This document shows positions 26,577-32,356 of a stretch of 32,356 nucleotides of DNA, in pieces. The notes beneath the pieces were generated by a model. It searched no databases. It was not told the DNA's origin and saw only the letters and a program-made list of their open reading frames with translations. How positions within the stretch are numbered: position 1 is the first letter of the stretch; each line of letters begins with the position of its first letter. A program made the translations under genes and the position numbers. The DNA comes from a virus. Its lineage: Duplodnaviria; Caudoviricetes. The stretch spans positions 1-32,356 of the IMG/VR virus record IMGVR_UViG_3300012921_000062. One strand, given 5' to 3'.

Positions 26577-27571
26577 GATGCCACCTGCGGAAACTCATCC
26601 CACGTGCAACCGTCCAGTTCTCGACCGGCCGCGTCGCGGCCGATGCGTTGCATCCATTGATAGCCAGGGTCAAACGACTTCTCGATCCGCTGCGCTTCGG
26701 TTTCGTCCTTGGCGTTGTGCAGTCGTCTGCAAAACCGAGTAAACCGGCTCAGCGCATATTCGTTCACGAGCGTCAACTTGCCCGCTGGACATTCGGCATT
26801 CGACATCAGGCACACAGAACCATCACGCAGCATCGCCAGGCCAGCCACCTTTCCATAGCGATATTGGCCTTCTCCCGTCGCGTAGTTCCCGCTGGCTTCC
26901 GAATGCCATTCCCCCCATTGCTTGAAGAAGAACGACACCCCAGCGGCTTGGCACTCATCTCGGGTCGAGCGTGCCCAGTCGGGATGCATTGGTCGGGCCT
27001 GTGGACCAGACTCGCCGCCACACACAATCCAGTCGAGTTTTTTGAGATGCTGCCCCCACTTGATGGGACCGAGGGCAGGCTCATAGCTGACCCAGCGGAC
27101 GGCAGCAGGGATGCGGGACAGAATCGGCAGCCGCTGTTTCGCTCGCTCTTGATCCTCGACGGTCGTGCCCACCCACACGTGCGGCCAACCCTCTCCCCAG
27201 TCGGCTGGCAGATGATCCAGAATCCTTTCCGGTCGCTTGGTGACAAGTTGGTACACCACGTCCCGCCGGGTCCGCATGATTTCCCACGCATCATCACGCC
27301 AGGCGTCAGCCCATTCGTGAAAGAAATCCGACCACGAACAGACAAAGATCTTCCAGCCGGAGGGGATAGCGTGTTCTCCGGTCCGCTTTTGCTTCAAGGG
27401 AAGTCGGAACGTCGAGGGCATCGATCGCCGCACGATGGCTGGGTCTTTCCCGTAGCGCTTCATTTCGCGGAACATGTAGCAGTGGGCACACGCGGGGCTG
27501 ACCTTCGTGCAGCCCTGCCACGGGTTCCAGGTCGCGTCGGTCCACTCGATGGCGGATGTCTGTCCCATCAT
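26573..27571 (-). CDS. DUF5131 / phage Gp37Gp68 family protein (radical-SAM-like)
   Basis: TSAIEWTDATWNPWQGCTKVSPACAHCY, TKRPER, SYEPALG, WIVCGGESG and FFFKQWG motifs. Confidence 0.92.
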   Translation of the reverse strand: MMGQTSAIEWTDATWNPWQGCTKVSPACAHCYMFREMKRYGKDPAIVRRSMPSTFRLPLKQKRTGEHAIPSGWKIFVCSWSDFFHEWADAWRDDAWEIMRTRRDVVYQLVTKRPERILDHLPADWGEGWPHVWVGTTVEDQERAKQRLPILSRIPAAVRWVSYEPALGPIKWGQHLKKLDWIVCGGESGPQARPMHPDWARSTRDECQAAGVSFFFKQWGEWHSEASGNYATGEGQYRYGKVAGLAMLRDGSVCLMSNAECPAGKLTLVNEYALSRFTRFCRRLHNAKDETEAQRIEKSFDPGYQWMQRIGRDAAGRELDGCTWDEFPQVAS

Positions 27572-28251
27572 GCCTCCGCTTTCTGCCGGTTGGTCAACGC
27601 ACAGCCGGTGCAAGTCGCTGTGACGTTGGGCGGGAGTTCATCGGGTTCGGTGGCCATCTTCCAGCACGCGGCCCCACAGATGTCACAGGTGGTTTGTTCC
27701 CAGCCCTGGGCACCTTTGGGCACGTTGGCCACCAAAGGACGGCAGATGCGAAACTGCTGACCCGCAGGCCAGATCGCATCGCAGATCAGCCAGACTTCGG
27801 CTTCGCTGGGCTTTCGCAACGTGACCCACTGACCGTCAACATGTTTGTAGGCCAGCCAGCCCTTGCCGGGGCCGCTGGTGACCAGCTTCATTTCCCGCTG
27901 GTTTGCCACGTCGTAGAAACCGATACCGATCGGCTCATGAGGCTGCGGCTGCGTCCGATGCCGATGGTCGTGCAGATCATCAATCATCGTCCGGTCGTGT
28001 TGCACTGCGCAGTCAACACAAAAGAACTGCACCGGCCGGCCGAGTCGGCTCGGCAGGCCGTTTGCAAATTGCAACGCGAAGGTGTCCGCATGCAGGGCTT
28101 GGCCGCACCGGCGGCACGCACAGGGATGGATGCCCTGCATGCGTTCGCGAATCTCTTCCCCCGCATTGGCAGCCACGATGATCACGGCATCATCGGGCCA
28201 AGGGATCGAGCCCGCCTCAGTGTCGAGACGTGGCCCAGCGTTAACGCACAT
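27568..28251 (-). CDS. Hypothetical protein with two zinc-finger-like domains
   Basis: CRRC...CVDC and CDIC...CTGC pairs. Confidence 0.6.
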   Translation of the reverse strand: MCVNAGPRLDTEAGSIPWPDDAVIIVAANAGEEIRERMQGIHPCACRRCGQALHADTFALQFANGLPSRLGRPVQFFCVDCAVQHDRTMIDDLHDHRHRTQPQPHEPIGIGFYDVANQREMKLVTSGPGKGWLAYKHVDGQWVTLRKPSEAEVWLICDAIWPAGQQFRICRPLVANVPKGAQGWEQTTCDICGAACWKMATEPDELPPNVTATCTGCALTNRQKAEA

Positions 28252-28254
28252 GGT

Positions 28255-29292
28255 TCAGTTCTCCGAAATGGAATGGGCGATCGCTTCGAGGACCGCATAC
28301 CGCAGGGCCGAATTCCGCTGCTGGATGCGCTCCCAGCTTTCGTACTCGACCAGGCGGTTCCGGATCGGCTCAGGGATCGCGAACGCATCCGCAATCGCCT
28401 GGGGCGTCTTTCCGGCCACCTGGTCTTCAAACAACTCCAGTTGCCGGTACCGCGCGTCACTCTGCCGTTGGGCGGACGCATCCGACCCAGACGGCAGCGT
28501 GGAGCGCGCGGACTGTGGCACGCGGTCGGGACGATCGGGTTTCATCCAACCGTGCGGATCGCGGGCATCGTCGCCCGGACGCAGGTTGATCAAACGCCGC
28601 CGCACCTTTCCCGGTTCCCACGCTCCGGTCTCGCTGGCGTACCGCAGCACGTCGAGCGCGAGAGCCGGTGGGACGTGGTTTGATGCCAGGCTCTCCAGGG
28701 GCTTCCTCGCCTCGTGGATGCCTTGCCGAAACATTTCCCGTTCCACCACCGCCCACGTCGCCTCGGAGGGTGATGGGGATGGGGGGGAATTAGGAATAGG
28801 GGAATTCAGGAATGTAAGTCCCGCATTTGCATCCGCACTATCCCCCGCATTTACATCCGCACTATCCCCCGCACCGGTGCGGGTAATCGGTTCCATCCCC
28901 CGCAAAATCGGGGGTAATGGTGCGGGGGATTCCGGGGCAGGTGGCAGCGTCTCCAGCCAGGCTGGGGAGAGCACCCAGTAAAACCCCTGGGACCGACAGC
29001 CGTCACGATCATAGTGCAGCAGGCCCGCGTTACAGGCCTTCCGCCGCACGCGGTCGAGTTTGTCCTCGGACCAGTTCAATTGCCGTTCCAGCGTGGCATT
29101 CCAGAAGCAAGGGGGCCGCTGGTAGCGCATCAGGTCTTCGGTCATCACGATCACGGTCAGCAAGGCGAAGGCCTCGGTGCCTGTGATCTGCACGGCTCCC
29201 GAGTCGAGCAGTTGCCGCAGGTAGCGGTTGGCGAAGAAGGGAGGCCGCTGGGGATAATCCGCTCCACCAGGTGGCAAGGTGTGTTGTGTCAT
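28255..29292 (-). CDS. Phage replication initiator (lambda O-like architecture)
   Basis: N-terminal wHTH-like segment (WNATLERQLNWSEDKLDRVRRKACNAGLL) and a low-complexity linker encoded by tandem DNA repeats. Confidence 0.65.
   Translation of the reverse strand: MTQHTLPPGGADYPQRPPFFANRYLRQLLDSGAVQITGTEAFALLTVIVMTEDLMRYQRPPCFWNATLERQLNWSEDKLDRVRRKACNAGLLHYDRDGCRSQGFYWVLSPAWLETLPPAPESPAPLPPILRGMEPITRTGAGDSADVNAGDSADANAGLTFLNSPIPNSPPSPSPSEATWAVVEREMFRQGIHEARKPLESLASNHVPPALALDVLRYASETGAWEPGKVRRRLINLRPGDDARDPHGWMKPDRPDRVPQSARSTLPSGSDASAQRQSDARYRQLELFEDQVAGKTPQAIADAFAIPEPIRNRLVEYESWERIQQRNSALRYAVLEAIAHSISEN
28820..28873. repeat. Iteron-like tandem repeats (candidate origin)
   Basis: CCCGCATTT(G/A)CATCCGCACTATCC twice; CCGCA at 28821, 28833, 28845, 28857 and 28869 (12-bp period). 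Confidence 0.75.
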
Positions 29293-29332
29293 CGCTGAGG
29301 CTTCCATGCTGGTCTAGCGTTCCCAATATTCG

Positions 29333-29632
29333 TCAATGGACCGCTCCTGGGACTTTTCCGCGACCGCGGCCGCGGCTGCGGCTCGCTGGGCCTGCCAGTT
29401 CAAGCGGCACAGCAGGGCATCCCGCACGAACTGATTGCGGCGTCCGCCAGTGTGCAGCAACCGCACCAGCCAGGAGCCGGTCAAGTTCCCCGGGTGTCAT
29501 TGCGTCGACGGTCGGGCCGTACTGACTTTCGAGGGGGTGCGGAATCGGATCACGCTGGGGCTTTGGGGCAGCAGTCCGGAGCGGCTTGCCGACCACCACA
29601 AATTGAGTGCCTCGCATGCGCAACATGATCAC
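29333..29632 (-). CDS. Hypothetical protein
   Basis: GTG start with AAGGAG RBS. Confidence 0.5.
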   Translation of the reverse strand: MIMLRMRGTQFVVVGKPLRTAAPKPQRDPIPHPLESQYGPTVDAMTPGELDRLLAGAVAAHWRTPQSVRAGCPAVPLELAGPASRSRGRGRGKVPGAVH

Positions 29633-29733
29633 GACTCCTTAGGTTTCACGTCGGCTGCTGTCCCGTGGTCCGAGTCCACCCACGGGTCAGCAAGCCGACG
29701 CTATCCGTGGCCACAAGCCACGGGGAGAGAGTT

Positions 29734-30051
29734 TCAAACGCGGAGCGGGCCGCCGATCTGCACCACCAGGTGCCCGCCGACGGCAACGTCATCCGACAGA
29801 TCGAGCAGCAACGCTTCACCCGGTGGCGTGGCAAACCAGCCCGCCGGGTTGTACGGACAGGCAATGCCACCATTGGGGGCAAACGGCATCTCGCCCGTCA
29901 GTGCGCCACCATCGACGGCGAAGCTCACCGCCACTTCCCCAGCCACCACCAGGGCATACGCGAGAACCACAATCGGTTGGCCTTCTGACGCGGGGACCAG
30001 TTCGTGTTCGCCGCTCGTGTTCGCGTCGATCTCGTAATGTCGGATGGTCAT
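29734..30051 (-). CDS. Small beta-sandwich protein, structural-like
   Basis: 105 aa, beta-rich; starts 2 nt after the stop of the Ig-domain gene. Confidence 0.65.
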   Translation of the reverse strand: MTIRHYEIDANTSGEHELVPASEGQPIVVLAYALVVAGEVAVSFAVDGGALTGEMPFAPNGGIACPYNPAGWFATPPGEALLLDLSDDVAVGGHLVVQIGGPLRV

Positions 30052-30053
30052 GC

Positions 30054-30980
30054 TCAGCCAACTCCTAACAGGGTGATGTTGCGACCGCCTGGCAGGGCGA
30101 TCGAAAGAACGAGTGTTTCCGTGTCAGTCCCAGTGCCATTTGTGGCGGTGATCGAGACCTCGAACTCCCCCGCCTCGGTGGGAGTGCCGGTGATGGCCCC
30201 CGTGGCCGTGTTGATCGACAGGCCCGCGGGCAGGCCCGTAGCCCCATAGGACGTCGGGTAATTGTCAGCAGTCACCTGGTACGCGAACGCGGCATCCTGC
30301 CAGCCTGTGGCAGTCAGGCTGCTCGTGATCGCAGGGGCATCGACGGGGATCAAACAGAGCGAGGCCACCACGCAGTTGGTCGCGGACACGCCGCCGGTGA
30401 AGTTCCCGATCGTGGTCGTACCCGCTGACAGGGGCATTTTCTTGCCGACTGTGATGCGGCTGAGTGGCTCACTCCCTGGCCCGGCCGCCGAGGCCATCTG
30501 ACTGACGGTCGTGGTCTCGCTCGGCACGGCTGGATTGGTCGTGCTGATCCCGGAGTAGAACACCACGCCACAGCGATCGTTGCCCGATGATGTCAGGTCC
30601 GGACAGTTGACCGTGTTGTTCGCCGTCGCCACGTTTTCGGTCGGGGTCGCATGCTTGCACCCCGTGACGCGGTAGAGCCGGGCCGCGATCGTGGCCGTGA
30701 AGGATGCCGAGACGTTGGTGGCATAGCTGGCGGGCTCATTGTCGATATCGGTGATGGGCTTGGTGGCCACCACCAGGCGACGCGACCCATTCAACACATC
30801 GACCACCTTCGTGAAGCCGACCGGCAACGTGATCGCGTCGAAGTCATAGGCGCTGATGGCCCACAACAGCAGGTCACCATTGGCCAGGCTGCCCGGTCGG
30901 GCCGGTGCGATCGAGGCCCCGGCTGAGCCAGTGCCAGCGCTCGCGGCCGATGTGCTGTTCGGCAAATCGGGTGAACTCAT
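30054..30980 (-). CDS. Ig-like (He_PIG-type) domain protein
   Basis: APAITS...FAYQVTA...YGATGLPAGLSINTATGAITGTPT.AG.F.V.ITATN motif; ATGA overlap with the csrA stop. Confidence 0.8.
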   Translation of the reverse strand: MSSPDLPNSTSAASAGTGSAGASIAPARPGSLANGDLLLWAISAYDFDAITLPVGFTKVVDVLNGSRRLVVATKPITDIDNEPASYATNVSASFTATIAARLYRVTGCKHATPTENVATANNTVNCPDLTSSGNDRCGVVFYSGISTTNPAVPSETTTVSQMASAAGPGSEPLSRITVGKKMPLSAGTTTIGNFTGGVSATNCVVASLCLIPVDAPAITSSLTATGWQDAAFAYQVTADNYPTSYGATGLPAGLSINTATGAITGTPTEAGEFEVSITATNGTGTDTETLVLSIALPGGRNITLLGVG

Positions 30981-31222
30981 GCGGCCCCCTTCCACTCATG
31001 GCGTGGCATCACCAGGCCACTGTCGGAGAGTTCGTAACCCAGCGCCGCGAGGGCTGCGGGCGAATGCTGGTAGATCGCCAGCAGCACCTCGTGGCGATGG
31101 ATCGGGACAGATTGTGGTGCGGCGATGCCCAGGCGGACCTTGTCGCCACGAATGTCAACCACGGTGATTTCCACCGGGCCTGCCAGGATGCGTTCGTTGC
31201 GCTGACGTGACAGCACAAGCAT
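30977..31222 (-). CDS. csrA: Carbon storage regulator CsrA/RsmA (RNA-binding translational regulator)
   Basis: MLVLSRQRNERILAGPVEITVVDIRGDKVRLGIAAPQSVPIHRHEV; AAAGGAG RBS; C-terminal extension of about 30 aa. Confidence 0.95.
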   Translation of the reverse strand: MLVLSRQRNERILAGPVEITVVDIRGDKVRLGIAAPQSVPIHRHEVLLAIYQHSPAALAALGYELSDSGLVMPRHEWKGAA

Positions 31223-31267
31223 AGATCGGACTCCTTTCCGTTCGGGTTGCGTTCTTACTGACGACAG

Positions 31268-31329
31268 AGCACGGCCCCGGAATCGAACCGGGCGAAACTC
31301 GGGCCAAGGGTGGCAATCCTGCACCGTGC
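31268..31329 (-). ncRNA. tRNA-like element (acceptor stem plus T-arm, shortened core)
   Basis: GCACGGT/GCCGTGC 7-bp stem abutting CCCGG-TTCGATT-CCGGG; only 30 nt between them; no CCA. Confidence 0.55.
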
Positions 31330-31520
31330 ATTGGCCGCTGCTCTCCCGGCCTGGTCACGCGATTCCGGCAGCGTTGCCCGGCTGGTTTGTTGAGCGAGGT
31401 GCCAGCCTCTCGCGCATGTGGGATTCCGCGTCATGCTTTGCGTCGCTTTCCCCAAGTTCGCAGGGTCGTGTTGGTGGACATTTAGCGACCGTCTTGAACA
31501 CGCAAACCATCCAGTCGGCT

Positions 31521-31937
31521 TCAGTGGCACATCTCACGAACCGCCTCATTCTTATTTGGCGAATCGCTGACGTACTCCGTGCACTCGAGTCGAATCGCTC
31601 CGACGTACATCCATCGATCGATGGTGACGCCACTCCGCTTGCTCATCACCAGCCGACCGGCAAACAACCGCCGGAAGCTGGGCTGGTCGATGCTGATCAA
31701 GTCTGAGCCGCAATAGGTGACATGCACCCAGGCGGGCAACATTCGCAAGGTCCGCTCCATTTGCTGCACCATGCGAATGTGATGCTCCCGCGTGTTCTTC
31801 ACACCACGCGGCACAACACGCCTCTCGACGCACGCGGCATCTGCCAGTGTGGCACCGTCGATCGCCAGGTAGTCTTCCAGGGCGTCGAAATAGGGTACGT
31901 CGCTAAAACAGTTCGGGGCGTCGAGAGTCTCAATCAT
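31521..31937 (-). CDS. Hypothetical protein
   Basis: 138 aa with CAGGAG RBS. Confidence 0.65.
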   Translation of the reverse strand: MIETLDAPNCFSDVPYFDALEDYLAIDGATLADAACVERRVVPRGVKNTREHHIRMVQQMERTLRMLPAWVHVTYCGSDLISIDQPSFRRLFAGRLVMSKRSGVTIDRWMYVGAIRLECTEYVSDSPNKNEAVREMCH

Positions 31938-31970
31938 GATCGCTCCTGTGATGTTGGGAGTGATGAAAAA

Positions 31971-32213
31971 TCAGCGTGTGGCTTCCGTTGAGAGATGCAC
32001 GCGGCGAATGTTCCAGCCCCCCACACTGTGGTAATCGATCATGGCCATCTCAAACGATCCGAGAGCATGGCCAGGGGCGTAACGTCGCAGGCCCCACATC
32101 GTCAGATCACGAGCACATTCCCTCGTGATCCAGACGGGGTTCCCAATCTCGATCCCGAACAGCATCTCTGCGGCGTCGGCCGGTGAATCAACTAAGGCAA
32201 CGGCTTCGGACAT
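31971..32213 (-). CDS. Hypothetical protein
   Basis: 80 aa with AGGAG RBS. Confidence 0.6.
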   Translation of the reverse strand: MSEAVALVDSPADAAEMLFGIEIGNPVWITRECARDLTMWGLRRYAPGHALGSFEMAMIDYHSVGGWNIRRVHLSTEATR

Positions 32214-32221
32214 GATGACTC

Positions 32222-32356
32222 CTAAAGGATGGCGGACAACGGCACAAACCGGCCGGGTGGCAACTGCTCTTTCAGTTGCTCTTCAAACTGCGTGTTGTCC
32301 TGATCTTTGTGGACCGCGATGCGATGCACGAACACCAGGCACTCGACACCATCCGA
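32222..32356 (-). CDS. Partial CDS (3' end) running off the window
   Basis: Open frame SDGVECLVF...LSAIL with TAG stop overlapping the RBS of the next gene. Confidence 0.4.
   Translation of the reverse strand, partial: SDGVECLVFVHRIAVHKDQDNTQFEEQLKEQLPPGRFVPLSAIL

Larger units (their letters stand above)
1..32356 (-). mobile_element. Temperate siphovirus-like phage/prophage segment (ends not visible in window)
   Basis: Co-oriented terminase-portal-protease-capsid-neck-tail tube-chaperone-tape measure order, plus tyrosine recombinase and replication genes; no host housekeeping genes seen. Confidence 0.95.

Noticed and set aside
28820-28873. CRISPR array
   Set aside because: Tandem repeats with no unique spacers, inside a CDS; no cas genes
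55-28981. Long plus-strand ORFs (55-1413, 10172-11482, 13850-15448, 16548-18056, 26648-27760, 27556-28683 and others)
   Set aside because: Antisense shadows of well-supported minus-strand genes in GC-rich DNA; no recognisable motifs
31268-31329. Functional decoding tRNA
   Set aside because: Too short for D and anticodon arms; no identifiable anticodon stem-loop; kept only as tRNA-like

Overview
A GC-rich 32 kb segment of a temperate tailed phage or prophage (siphovirus-like), with almost all genes on the minus strand. A Planctomycetota host is inferred from gene content only. In transcription order (right to left) it has: (1) an early/replication region with a structured leader containing a tRNA-like module, csrA, an Ig-domain gene pair, a replication initiator with internal iteron-like repeats, DUF5131/Gp37Gp68, a truncated terminase paralog and an ASCH-like phage protein; (2) a separately promoted operon with twin operators, ending in a tyrosine recombinase and an RHH/AT-hook regulator; (3) Mu-type gam, a cos-like hairpin, a GpA-type large terminase, a Zn-ribbon protein, a gpW-like adaptor, a lambda-type portal, protease/scaffold, major capsid, cement and neck genes; (4) an unusual putative lysis cassette built around a papain-like peptidase; (5) tail tube, G/T chaperones, tape measure, modular tail proteins, a beta-propeller and a two-domain glycosyltransferase. 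The two most notable observations are a phage-encoded CsrA together with at least seven near-identical ANGGA hairpins in phage gene leaders (a candidate phage post-transcriptional regulon), and an early-region copy of the phage's own terminase ATPase domain with both Walker motifs broken (a candidate decoy). All calls come from motif reading; no database searches were run.
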